DNA from: Novosphingobium sp.
GTDB taxonomy: Bacteria; Pseudomonadota; Alphaproteobacteria; Sphingomonadales; Sphingomonadaceae
Direction of reading: 5' to 3'
DNA length: 38,971 nucleotides
NCBI GenBank assembly: GCA_031360105.1
Contig: JANMBA010000157.1
Coordinates: 1 to 38,971 of the forward strand
This document shows positions 1-7,681 of this stretch, one piece after another; within the stretch, counting starts at the first letter, position 1, and every line of letters starts with the position of its first letter. Below the pieces are notes generated by a model that was given only the letters and a program-made list of their open reading frames with translations, did no database searches and was not told the origin of the DNA. The position numbers and the translations under genes are program-made.

Positions 1-1
1 T

Positions 2-151
2 GGCGGCGCGACTGGCGCGGTGGTCGGCTCGAAGGTGATCGGCGGCGGAATTCTGGGTGTTGCTGCCGGCGCAGTCGGCGGTGCGTTTGCCGGCCGCGCG
101 GTCGATCGCACGATTTCTGCCAAAAAGCGTTGCCACACGTACCGCCGTTAA
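2..151 (+). CDS. 3' end of a glycine-zipper domain protein (5'-truncated by the window edge)
   Basis: Not in the ORF track. Frame 2 reads GGATGAVVGSKVIGGGILGVAAGAVGGAFAGRAVDRTISAKKRCHTYRR* with GxxxG repeats; TAA at 149-151, 3 nt before the next start. Confidence 0.7.
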   Translation, partial: GGATGAVVGSKVIGGGILGVAAGAVGGAFAGRAVDRTISAKKRCHTYRR

Positions 152-154
152 TCC

Positions 155-946
155 GTGGCAGGATCGCCCGCTTGGCCCGGCCCGCAGCTGGACCGGTATC
201 ATGCGCGCGGACCCCGGGGCCGGGCTGCCATTGCGGCCGTGGCTATCGAGGCACTGGTCATCGTCACGTTGATCTATGGACTGGCCGGACCCTTGGCGCT
301 GTTGCCCAAGGCTCCGGCCAGCCTTGTGTCGATCAACCTGGATCCGCCGCTCCCGCCTGAAAAACGCCTCAAGGCCAGCGCCTCAGCCGATAACGGCCGC
401 GCTGCACCGCCCTCGCTCAAGGCTGAGGCGGTGCCGCTGACCGAACCGCTCAGGATCGTGGTCCCGCCCAAACCAATCCCTTCCGCCAAGCTGCCGGCGG
501 CTGCGGTCGGCCTGAACCCCGGTGCAGCGGTCCAGCCCGGCCCCGGCAGCGGTGCCGCAGGCCAAGGCGCCGGCACCGGATCGGGCAATGGCGGCGATGG
601 TCCCGGTGCGGGCAGCGGGGATGGCGACGGCGGCGGGACCGATGCGGAATGGACCGGCGGCAAGATCAAGAACGGCGATTATCCCAAGGCACTGCGCGAG
701 GCCAACATCAGCGGCACGACCGAGACCGAAGTGGCAGTCGGTGCCAATGGCCGTCCCACCGCCTGCCGCGTGATCCGCACCAGCGGCAGCCGCGAATTAG
801 ACAGCACCACCTGCCGGCTGATCATGCAGCGCTTCAAGTTCAAGCCCGCGCGCAACGCTGCGGGTCAAGCGATCGACAGCCACATCGAATACGACCAGGA
901 ATGGGACGCCCCGCCGCCGCCGCCGCCCGAGCCGGGGGAGCGGTGA
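155..946 (+). CDS. TonB family energy transducer
   Basis: N-terminal hydrophobic anchor, Pro/Gly-rich linker, and C-terminal TonB_C domain (DYPKALREANISG...CRVIRTSGSRELDSTTCRLI..RFKFKPARNAAG). Confidence 0.85.
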   Translation: MAGSPAWPGPQLDRYHARGPRGRAAIAAVAIEALVIVTLIYGLAGPLALLPKAPASLVSINLDPPLPPEKRLKASASADNGRAAPPSLKAEAVPLTEPLRIVVPPKPIPSAKLPAAAVGLNPGAAVQPGPGSGAAGQGAGTGSGNGGDGPGAGSGDGDGGGTDAEWTGGKIKNGDYPKALREANISGTTETEVAVGANGRPTACRVIRTSGSRELDSTTCRLIMQRFKFKPARNAAGQAIDSHIEYDQEWDAPPPPPPEPGER

Positions 947-966
947 GGCTGACGAGCAATGACAAA

Positions 967-1042
967 TTTGACATGTTAAGCCACAAATTGCACTTAATGC
1001 CTGAGACTGGAATGTGGAGCGCATATGGCTTATCATGTCAAA
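967..1042. promoter_or_regulatory. 17-bp inverted repeat pair over the vapBC promoter and start codon (candidate autorepression operators)
   Basis: 967-983 TTTGACATGTTAAGCCA and 1026-1042 TGGCTTATCATGTCAAA are reverse complements at 16/17. The left arm contains TTGACA (968-973); the right arm covers the antitoxin start. Confidence 0.6.
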
Positions 1043-1270
1043 ATCACCGCCAATGGTCGCCTGAGCTTGCCAGCCGCGCTCCGCAAACGGCTTGGGCTGA
1101 GCGGGGGCGGTGAGCTGCTGGTCGAAGAAACGCCGAACTCGATCGTGTTGCGCACTACGGCACAAGCGGTCGCCAATGCGCAGGGGATCGTGCGCAAATA
1201 CACTGGTAACGATCCCGAGGCCTCGGTCGATGCGTTCCTCGCCAACCGGCACAAAGACTGGGGCGAATGA
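1025..1270 (+). CDS. vapB: AbrB/MazE/SpoVT-family antitoxin (VapB-type)
   Basis: VKITANGRLSLPAALRKRLGLSGGGELLV swapped-hairpin motif; GGAG RBS; ATGA overlap with the PIN gene. Confidence 0.85.
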   Translation: MAYHVKITANGRLSLPAALRKRLGLSGGGELLVEETPNSIVLRTTAQAVANAQGIVRKYTGNDPEASVDAFLANRHKDWGE

Positions 1271-1656
1271 CCGTAGTGGTCCTCGATGCATCGGCGCTGC
1301 TCGCGATGCTCAAGGCAGAGCCCGGCGGCGCGCGAGTTGCCGAAATTCTCATCCATTCGCGCATGAGCGCGGTCAATCATGCCGAAGTGGTTAGTCACTT
1401 CGTGCACCGTGGCATCCCGCTGGACGAAGTGGAGGCAACCTTGCTTCCGCTTCCAGTCGAAATCATTCCAGCCGATCGCGCAGTGGCAACACTGGCCGGT
1501 TCATTGCGCGCAGAGACAGCCGATGCGGGGCTTTCGCTGGGGGATCGATTCTGCTTGGCCCAAGCATTGCGCGATGGGTTGCCCGCGTGGACGGCGGATC
1601 GCAGCTGGCAGAGCGTTGCGGTAAAGGTTGGGGTGGAAGTGGTTCTAATCCGTTGA
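1267..1656 (+). CDS. vapC: PIN-domain toxin (VapC)
   Basis: VVLDASALLA, SAVNHAEV, LSLGDRFCLA and WTADR PIN motifs; coupled to the upstream antitoxin. Confidence 0.9.
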   Translation: MTVVVLDASALLAMLKAEPGGARVAEILIHSRMSAVNHAEVVSHFVHRGIPLDEVEATLLPLPVEIIPADRAVATLAGSLRAETADAGLSLGDRFCLAQALRDGLPAWTADRSWQSVAVKVGVEVVLIR

Positions 1657-1757
1657 CCTTGCGGCTAGATCCCGATGTGATCGAGGCTTTGCGCAACAGC
1701 GGCCCGGGCTGCCTAAGCCGGATGAACGCGGCGCTGCGTCAGACGTTGGGGGGGTAG
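1653..1757 (+). pseudogene. BrnA antitoxin C-terminal (ribbon-helix-helix) fragment, 34 codons
   Basis: Reads (L/M)TLRLDPDVIEALRNSGPGCLSRMNAALRQTLGG*, resembling the BrnA consensus TLRLDxDVxxxF..GxGWQTRINxALR. The TTG overlaps the vapC TGA; no brnT or BrnA N-terminus is present. Confidence 0.65.
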
Positions 1758-1783
1758 ATCAAGTCTATTTGGCCGCAGAGCAA

Positions 1784-2007
1784 TCAGCCCAAGAGGCGCT
1801 TCAAAATCGCTAAGCTCCATAGCGCCAGACCAACAATCCTGCAGCGAGAAACACGCGAAAAGTCCTTTTGAACTGCGCGGGCTTTGCTGCTCGGGTTAGT
1901 GGGTGAACAGGCCACCGCGACGGAATTTCGCCGGATAATAATGCCGGAATCAAGTGTTACGCGCTTACGGCCAACAGTGCTGCGCCCAAAAAGAGCATTT
2001 CACTCAT
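1784..2007 (-). pseudogene. Probable small two-TM membrane protein pseudogene
   Basis: ATG at 2007 reads MSEMLFLGAALLAVSA*HLIPALLSGEIPSRWPVHPLTRAAKPAQFKRTFRVFLAAG with an internal TAA at 1957-1959. A frameshift near 1838 continues IVGLALWSLAILKRLLG* (TGA 1784-1786). Confidence 0.4.
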
Positions 2008-2030
2008 CGGCCGACTTCAGGACCAGAAAT

Positions 2031-3314
2031 TCACTCGTCCCCAACCCGCTCGATCTGCGCGCCGACCAAGGCCAGCTTCTCTTCCAGCCGCTCGTACCCC
2101 CGGTCCAGATGGTACAGCCGGTGGACCTGCGTCTCGCCCTCCGCTGCTAGCCCCGCGATCACCAGGCTCATCGAGGCGCGCAGGTCCGTCGCCATGACTT
2201 CTGCGCCGGTCAGCTTGCTCACCCCGTGAACAATCGCGGTGCGGCCCGAGGTTTCGATCTGCGCGCCCATCCGTCCCAGCTCGGGAACGTGCATGTAGCG
2301 GTTCTCGAAGATCGTCTCGTTAAGCACCGAAGTGCCTTGCGCCAGGCACAGCATCGCCATCAGCTGCGCCTGCATATCGGTGGCGAAGCCGGGGTACGGC
2401 GCGGTCGAGATGTTGACCGCCTTGAGCGGGCCATCGGCGGCGACGTGCAGCCCGCCCGGCATCGGTTCGACCGTGACCCCGGCGTCGCGCAGCGCCTGTA
2501 CGGTCGCGTCCATTTCCTCGATCTTCGCGCCTTTCAGCGTCACCTCGCCGCCAGTGATCGCCGCCGCGCAGGCATAGGAGCCCGCTTCGATCCGGTCGCT
2601 CATCACGCGGTAGGTTGCGCCGTGCAGCCGGGGGACGCCGTGGATCGTCACGTCGGATGTGCCGATGCCTTCGATTTGCGCGCCCATCGCCACCAGCATG
2701 TTGCACAAATCGACAATCTCGGGCTCGCGCGCGGCGTTGTGGAGGGTCGATTTGCCGGTACACAGCACGGCGGCCATCAGCGCGTTCTCGGTCGCGCCGA
2801 CCGACACCACCGGGAACGAATAACGCCCGCCGGGCAACCCGCCATCGGGGGCAATCGCGCGGACATAGCCCGCCGCCATTTCGATCTGCGCGCCGAGCGC
2901 TTCGAGCACTTTCAAATGCAGATCGATCGGGCGGTTGCCGATCGCGCAGCCGCCGGGCAGCGATACCGTCGCCTCGCCCATCCGCGCCAGCATCGGGCCG
3001 AGCACCAGGATCGAGGCGCGCATCTTGCGCACCAGCTCGTACGGCGCGACCGACGAGGTGATCCGGGTTGCTTCGAGCGTCATCACCCGGCCGAAATCTT
3101 CCGGGCGATTGCCGGCAATCGAGGTTGAGACGCCGAACTGGTTAAGCAAGTGCTGGAACCCGTCGATATCCGCGAGCCGCGGCAGATTGCGCAGCGTCAG
3201 CGGCTCGTCGGTCAGCAGCGCGCACGGCAGCAGGGTAAGCGCGGCGTTCTTCGCGCCAGAGATCGGAATGGTGCCGGAAAGGCGCTGTCCGCCTTGAATG
3301 ATGATCTTGTCCAT
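2031..3314 (-). CDS. murA: UDP-N-acetylglucosamine 1-carboxyvinyltransferase
   Basis: [32 protein letters not shown] (catalytic Cys), [25 protein letters not shown]. Start moved to ATG at 3314 (MDKIII). Confidence 0.97.
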   Translation of the reverse strand: MDKIIIQGGQRLSGTIPISGAKNAALTLLPCALLTDEPLTLRNLPRLADIDGFQHLLNQFGVSTSIAGNRPEDFGRVMTLEATRITSSVAPYELVRKMRASILVLGPMLARMGEATVSLPGGCAIGNRPIDLHLKVLEALGAQIEMAAGYVRAIAPDGGLPGGRYSFPVVSVGATENALMAAVLCTGKSTLHNAAREPEIVDLCNMLVAMGAQIEGIGTSDVTIHGVPRLHGATYRVMSDRIEAGSYACAAAITGGEVTLKGAKIEEMDATVQALRDAGVTVEPMPGGLHVAADGPLKAVNISTAPYPGFATDMQAQLMAMLCLAQGTSVLNETIFENRYMHVPELGRMGAQIETSGRTAIVHGVSKLTGAEVMATDLRASMSLVIAGLAAEGETQVHRLYHLDRGYERLEEKLALVGAQIERVGDE

Positions 3315-3363
3315 GACAGTCCGTTTAGCGGGAAACTTTGGTGCGGCAAGCGGAAGCAAAAAG

Positions 3364-3535
3364 GGTTCGCGCAGAGGCCGCAGAGAGAAGTGGAGGCGCA
3401 GAGGTGTTGCGCCTTGCCGCAGGCTTGCGAATCATTCAGCGCCGCGTCAAACGCCTCCGCGGAATGACGAGGCGGCTGCGCCGGATGCGCGCTTTCTCTG
3501 CGCCTCCACTTCTGCTCCGCGCCTCTGCGTGAACC
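3364..3535. repeat. 172-bp palindromic element (MITE/REP-doublet-like) between divergent murA and galU
   Basis: Arms 3364-3403 GGTTCGCGCAGAGGCCGCAGAGAGAAGTGGAGGCGCAGAG and 3496-3535 (reverse complement GGTTCACGCAGAGGCGCGGAGCAGAAGTGGAGGCGCAGAG), plus an inner stem TCATTC...GAATGA. Confidence 0.8.
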
Positions 3536-3585
3536 ATTCTACGCGCGCGGTTGACGTTGTTACATTGGCCTGTAATCCCTGCCAA

Positions 3586-4464
3586 ATGACCTCCCACAAA
3601 CCCATTCGCAAAGCCGTCTTTCCCGTCGCGGGGATGGGCACGCGCTTTCTGCCCGCGACCAAGGCGATTCCCAAGGAAATGCTCCCGGTGATCGACCGTC
3701 CGTTGATCCAGTACGCGGTCGACGAAGCGCGCGAGGCCGGGATCGACCAGCTGATCTTCGTCACGGGGCGCGGCAAAACCTCGATCGTCGAGCATTTCGA
3801 CCACGCGTTCGAGCTTGAGACAACGATGACCGAGCGCGACAAGTCGCTCGCCGTGCTGGAGCCGACGCGGGTCCAGCCGGGCAATCTGGTGACCGTGCGG
3901 CAGCAGGTTCCGCTGGGCCTGGGCCATGCGATCTGGTGCGCGCGGGCGATTGTCGGCGATGAACCGTTCGCGATCTTCCTGCCCGACGAACTGATGATCG
4001 GCACGCCGGGCTGCATGAAACAGATGGTCGAGGCTTATAACGAGCTGGGCGGCAATTTGCTGTCGGTGCTCGAAGTGCCCGAAGACGAAGTGTCGAGCTA
4101 TGGCGTGATCAAGCCGGGCAGTCGCAGTGGCGCCATAACGGAAGTATTGGGCCTGATCGAAAAGCCCACCCGCGAGGCGGCGCCGTCGAACCTGATCATC
4201 TCGGGGCGCTATATCCTCCAGCCCGAGGTGATGCGGGTGCTTGAGCACCAGGGCAAGGGCGCGGGCGGCGAGATTCAGCTGACTGACGCGATGGCGCAGA
4301 TGATCGGCAGCCAGCCGTTCCATGCGGTGACGTTTGGCGGCAAACGCTATGACTGCGGCAACAAATTGGGGATGATCGAGGCGACGCTGGCGATGGCGCT
4401 TGAGCGTGAAGATCTGGCCGATGACGTCCGCGCGATGGCGCTGCGGTTACTGGGCGAGGGCTGA
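3586..4464 (+). CDS. galU: UTP--glucose-1-phosphate uridylyltransferase
   Basis: KAVFPVAGMGTRFLPATKAIPKEMLP, VRQQVPLGLGHA, GEIQLTDA, RYDCG. Start set to ATG at 3586 rather than 3298. Confidence 0.96.
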   Translation: MTSHKPIRKAVFPVAGMGTRFLPATKAIPKEMLPVIDRPLIQYAVDEAREAGIDQLIFVTGRGKTSIVEHFDHAFELETTMTERDKSLAVLEPTRVQPGNLVTVRQQVPLGLGHAIWCARAIVGDEPFAIFLPDELMIGTPGCMKQMVEAYNELGGNLLSVLEVPEDEVSSYGVIKPGSRSGAITEVLGLIEKPTREAAPSNLIISGRYILQPEVMRVLEHQGKGAGGEIQLTDAMAQMIGSQPFHAVTFGGKRYDCGNKLGMIEATLAMALEREDLADDVRAMALRLLGEG

Positions 4465-4486
4465 TCCGCCTCACCAAACCAGACCC

Positions 4487-4514
4487 GTCACCCTGAACGG
4501 GTTTCAGGGCCCAT
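4487..4514. repeat. Single REP-like hairpin (GTCA + CCCTGAA-N5-TTCAGGG)
   Basis: GTCACCCTGAACGGGTTTCAGGGCCCAT just after the galU stop; stem 4491-4497/4503-4509. It resembles the GTCACCCTGAACTTGTTTCAGGGTC repeats I recall from sphingomonad genomes. Confidence 0.55.
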
Positions 4515-4547
4515 TTCTTGCCACGTTCAGAAGCCCGGTTGGGCGGC

Positions 4548-4691
4548 ATAAATCAGCCCGTCGATGCCGCCGTCGGCCCCCTTTTTCTTGCCGCCGAACG
4601 ACAGCGCATCGACCAGAGAGACCGCCGACCACAGGAACAGGTACGTGTCGCGCTCGGCCAGATCGAGCGCAGCGCCGAGGCCTTGCGCAGG
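4548..4691 (-). pseudogene. Fragment of a DNA methyltransferase / Mrr-like restriction endonuclease fusion
   Basis: Reads PAQGLGAALDLAERDTYLFLWSAVSLVDALSFGGKKKGADGGIDGLIY. GADGGIDG is the Mrr-type PD-(D/E)XK motif; the fragment has no credible start and no downstream (Q/S)VK motif. Confidence 0.6.
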
Positions 4692-4770
4692 CCGCAACCG
4701 CAAGGGTGAGCATGCGTGCGTCCAGCGATCGCGGGTGTAACACCCAGGAACATGGCGGCCGACCAGCAGC

Positions 4771-6228
4771 TTACCCGGCTGCAGCAATCGGCAGCGTCAG
4801 GCTGACCCGCAGACCGCGCGGGCTGGCTTGGCCAAGCATGACCGATCCGCCGTGCAAGCTGGCGATGGTGGCGACCAGCGCCATCCCCAGCCCCGCGCCC
4901 GAGCGGGTCCGCGCCGGATCGAGCCGGCCGAACCGCCGCAGCGCTTCGTCGTGATCGGTCGGCGCGATCCCCGGGCCATCGTCGGATACACTCAGCACCA
5001 CGTGCCCGCCGCTGGGCGGGCCGAAGGCCAGCTGGATCAGCGAACCCTGGTCGGCATATTTCAGGGCATTATCGATCAGGTTGGAAATCGCCCGGAACAA
5101 GAGCTCGCGGTGCGCCGTGACCGCGGTGGCGGGCGGCGCGGCGACTTCGATGGTGAAGCCCTGCTCTTCGGCCAAAGGACCATAAACCTCGGCCAGATCG
5201 TGCAGCATCGCCGTCAGATCGAACCCCGTAAACTGGCTCCGGCCGATCCCGGCTTCGGTTCGGCTGATCTCGAGCGCAGTGTCGAGCAGGCGCTGCAAGC
5301 CATCGGTCTCGTCGATCGCATCGGCCAGCGCACTGCGCGCCGAATCATCGCGCGCCGCCCCCAGCGAACGCTCGAGCGACGAGCGGATCCGCGCCACCGG
5401 CGAGCGCAGATCGTGCGCCATCGAATCGGTCACCGCCCGCAGTTCGGCCACCAGCGTTTCGATCCGTTCAAGCATCGCGTTGATCGCAATCCCCAGCCGC
5501 CCAAACGCATCGCCATCGGGCTGCAGCGCAATCCGGGTGTTCAGACGCCCGCTGGCAAAATCGCGCGCGGCGCGCCCGAAGTGGTCGATCCGCCGTTCAA
5601 GCACGCGCAAGATCGCCCACGAAGCCAGCGCCGCGATCAGCAACCCGGCGAGCATGGCATAGCCGAACGATTGCGCGCTGGCACGGTTAAGCTGGCCATG
5701 ATCGCGCAGCATTTCGCCGGTCAGCAGGCTTTGTCCATCGGGCAATGCGGCAATCACATAGCCGGCCGGCTCAGTCCGGTCTGCGGCCAGGCCAGCGCCC
5801 GCACCCGGGCCAGAGCCAGCGCCCGCACCAGCGCCCGCACCAGCGCGAGAGCCAGCGCGTGTCAGCGCGCCGACCCGCCAGCTTTGCGGCGCGCTGGCAG
5901 GGCTGGGCCAGCCTGCCAGATTGCCCGCCTTAATCGCGCCGTCGGCCCCGCGCAGCAGCACCACGAAATCGGGATCGTCGGGTGCGGCCAGCCGGTTGCC
6001 GATCGCGCGCAGCAAGCCCGCGCCACCGCCGCTGCGCAAGGCATCGCGCAGATCGTCGCTGGCCACCTCAGCGGCGATCCGTGCTTCGTCAGTCAGCGTC
6101 TGCCGGGTCAGCGCGTGCATCACCCCCAGGCCCAGCGCGAGCGTCACGATCTGCGTCAGGGCCAGCGTGACAGCCAGCCGCAGAGTGGTCGATCCGAACC
6201 ACGCGGCGGGCCGCCCCGATGGCTTCAT
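4771..6228 (-). CDS. HAMP-domain sensor histidine kinase
   Basis: Two TM segments, HAMP, H-box AHDLRSP, N-box NLIDNALKY, DDGPGI, GAGLGM. The ATG at 6228 overlaps the regulator stop (ATGA). Confidence 0.93.
   Translation of the reverse strand: MKPSGRPAAWFGSTTLRLAVTLALTQIVTLALGLGVMHALTRQTLTDEARIAAEVASDDLRDALRSGGGAGLLRAIGNRLAAPDDPDFVVLLRGADGAIKAGNLAGWPSPASAPQSWRVGALTRAGSRAGAGAGAGAGSGPGAGAGLAADRTEPAGYVIAALPDGQSLLTGEMLRDHGQLNRASAQSFGYAMLAGLLIAALASWAILRVLERRIDHFGRAARDFASGRLNTRIALQPDGDAFGRLGIAINAMLERIETLVAELRAVTDSMAHDLRSPVARIRSSLERSLGAARDDSARSALADAIDETDGLQRLLDTALEISRTEAGIGRSQFTGFDLTAMLHDLAEVYGPLAEEQGFTIEVAAPPATAVTAHRELLFRAISNLIDNALKYADQGSLIQLAFGPPSGGHVVLSVSDDGPGIAPTDHDEALRRFGRLDPARTRSGAGLGMALVATIASLHGGSVMLGQASPRGLRVSLTLPIAAAG
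5792..5863. repeat. In-frame 12-bp tandem repeat (6 imperfect units) in the kinase sensor domain
   Basis: CCAGCGCCCGCA at 5792, 5816 and 5828, with variants at 5804, 5840 and 5852; encodes TRAGSRAGAGAGAGAGSGPGAGAG. Confidence 0.8.
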
Positions 6229-6914
6229 TCGGCCTGGCCCAGCATATATCCGGCGCCGCGCACGGTATGCAGCAGCGGCTGCGGATAGCCATCGTCGATC
6301 TTGCGCCGCAGCCGGCTGACGTGAACATCGACCACATTGGTGCCGGGATCGAAATGGTATTCCCACACCCCTTCGAGCATCATCGTGCGGGTCACCACCT
6401 GATCCTTGTGCCGCAGCAGATATTCCAGCAGCCGAAATTCACGCGGCTGCAGTTCGATCCGCTGACCGGCGCGCGTCACCCGGCGGGTGAGCAGGTTGAT
6501 TTCCAGGTCGGCGCAGCTGAGCGCGGTTTCAACCGGTGCTGCGACTTGGTCTGACCGCGCCATTAGCAGCCGCAACCGCGCCAGCAGCTCGGAAAAAGCG
6601 AACGGCTTGGCCAGATAATCGTCCGCGCCCGAGGTCAGCCCTTCGACCCGCGCATCGACCGTGCCGAGCGAGGAGAGGATCAGCACCGGGGTGCGGACCT
6701 GCGCCGCGCGCATTGCTGCCAGCACTGCCATGCCGTCCATTTCGGGCAGCATCCGGTCCAGCACGACCGCGTCAAAACTGCCGTCGGTGGCCAGAAACAG
6801 GCCGTCGCGGCCATTGGCGGCGCGGTCGGTCAGATAGCCGGCATCGCTCAGCCCTTTGCACAGAAATTCGGCGGTGCGCTGATCGTCCTCGATAATCAAA
6901 ATTTTCTTCGACAT
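6225..6914 (-). CDS. OmpR-family response regulator (CusR/CopR-like)
   Basis: ILIIEDD, VLDRMLPEMDG, GADDYLAKPF, and winged helix VWEYHFDPGTNVVDVHVSRLRRKID...LHTVRGAGY. Confidence 0.95.
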   Translation of the reverse strand: MSKKILIIEDDQRTAEFLCKGLSDAGYLTDRAANGRDGLFLATDGSFDAVVLDRMLPEMDGMAVLAAMRAAQVRTPVLILSSLGTVDARVEGLTSGADDYLAKPFAFSELLARLRLLMARSDQVAAPVETALSCADLEINLLTRRVTRAGQRIELQPREFRLLEYLLRHKDQVVTRTMMLEGVWEYHFDPGTNVVDVHVSRLRRKIDDGYPQPLLHTVRGAGYMLGQAE

Positions 6915-6976
6915 GCGCGCGGGCCTAACCAGGGTTGCGATCCTATAGCATCAAGCCGTGATCGGCGGCTGGCGGC

Positions 6977-7028
6977 AAGATGAAAATTTGGTCATCTTCG
7001 CAGCCCGGCAGATGAACCAATTGTAACC
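6977..7028. promoter_or_regulatory. CusR/CopR-box-like operator(s) in the divergent promoter
   Basis: Palindrome AAGATGAAAATTTGGTCATCTT (6977-6998) resembles the E. coli CusR box AAAATGACAATTTTGTCATTTT; a second related site AGATGAACCAATTGTAACC lies at 7010-7028. Confidence 0.55.
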
Positions 7029-7156
7029 CATTGGTCACCGCGCGGCCAGCCAGCGCAGGCTAATGCAGCGTTACCGATGCATGACCGCTTGAAGTGACCC
7101 CTGCGCCAAGCCGCCGTGCATCGGACCTGACGATCACCCGCACCAAGGAACCGCCC

Positions 7157-7513
7157 ATGACCATGCGTAAACTGCCAGTGCTGCTTGGGCTCAGCGCCGT
7201 CGCAGCACTGATCACCGGCACTGCGGCTTTGGCCGCAACGCCTGCCAATGCCGCCAAACCGGCGGCGATGAAAACCGCCATGATCAAACCCGCCGCAGCG
7301 AAACACGCGCTGGCGAAACCGATCGCGGCCAAGCCCGCCTATGCTGCAGCGGCCCGGCCCAGATACGCCGCGCCGCGCGCGATCGCAGCGCGCCCCGTGC
7401 CCATCATTCGGCCCGGCGGGCGGATGGTCCAGGCCCGGCTCAGCAACGGCAAGACCGTGTCGTACAATTGCAGTCTGGCGGGCAACCAGACCAAACAGGC
7501 CTGCAAACGCTAG
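7157..7513 (+). CDS. Small secreted Ala/Lys/Pro-rich protein with a C-terminal two-Cys mini-domain
   Basis: AAGGA RBS before ATG 7157; signal peptide MRKLPVLLGLSAVAALITGTAALA; repeated AKP/KPAA motifs; ends SYNCSLAGNQTKQACKR. Confidence 0.75.
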   Translation: MTMRKLPVLLGLSAVAALITGTAALAATPANAAKPAAMKTAMIKPAAAKHALAKPIAAKPAYAAAARPRYAAPRAIAARPVPIIRPGGRMVQARLSNGKTVSYNCSLAGNQTKQACKR

Positions 7514-7681
7514 GCGAGAGCGGTTTGCACGCGGGCAGCCCGGTCTTTGCTACTCCGGGCCGGGCTGCCGCATGGTCGGAGGCGCCCTGATTTCGGCGCC
7601 CTGACCTTTACACACTGTCACCAACGCACTGTCGTCACGCACTGTCATCAAGACGCAACGCTAACCCGGTATGAGGCATGT

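Noticed and set aside
530-640. Gly-rich low-complexity stretch in tonB as a repeat element
   Set aside because: An ordinary flexible linker of TonB-like proteins, with no regular DNA period.
1998-2039. Apparent duplication of the murA 3' end (TCACTCATC at 2000, TCACTCGTC at 2031) as an att site
   Set aside because: Only about 10 bp, no integrase nearby, and the first copy is explained by the start of the putative pseudogene.
2226-3128. Long opposite-strand ORFs (also 3436-4323, 4828-6288, 9240-10127, 12984-13976, 16167-17525, 19394-20545, 28527-29696, 33917-34756)
   Set aside because: Antisense shadows of well-supported genes, expected with high-GC codon bias; Arg/His/Ala-rich with no motifs.
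3298-3585. 96-codon N-terminal extension of galU in the ORF track
   Set aside because: It runs through the palindromic repeat and overlaps the murA start; GalU similarity begins at MTSHKPIRKAVFP.
7613-7649. PHO box or mini-CRISPR reading of the CACTGTC repeats
   Set aside because: Spacing is 14 and 13 bp rather than the 11 bp of PhoB sites; repeats and spacers are far too short for CRISPR, and no cas genes are present.
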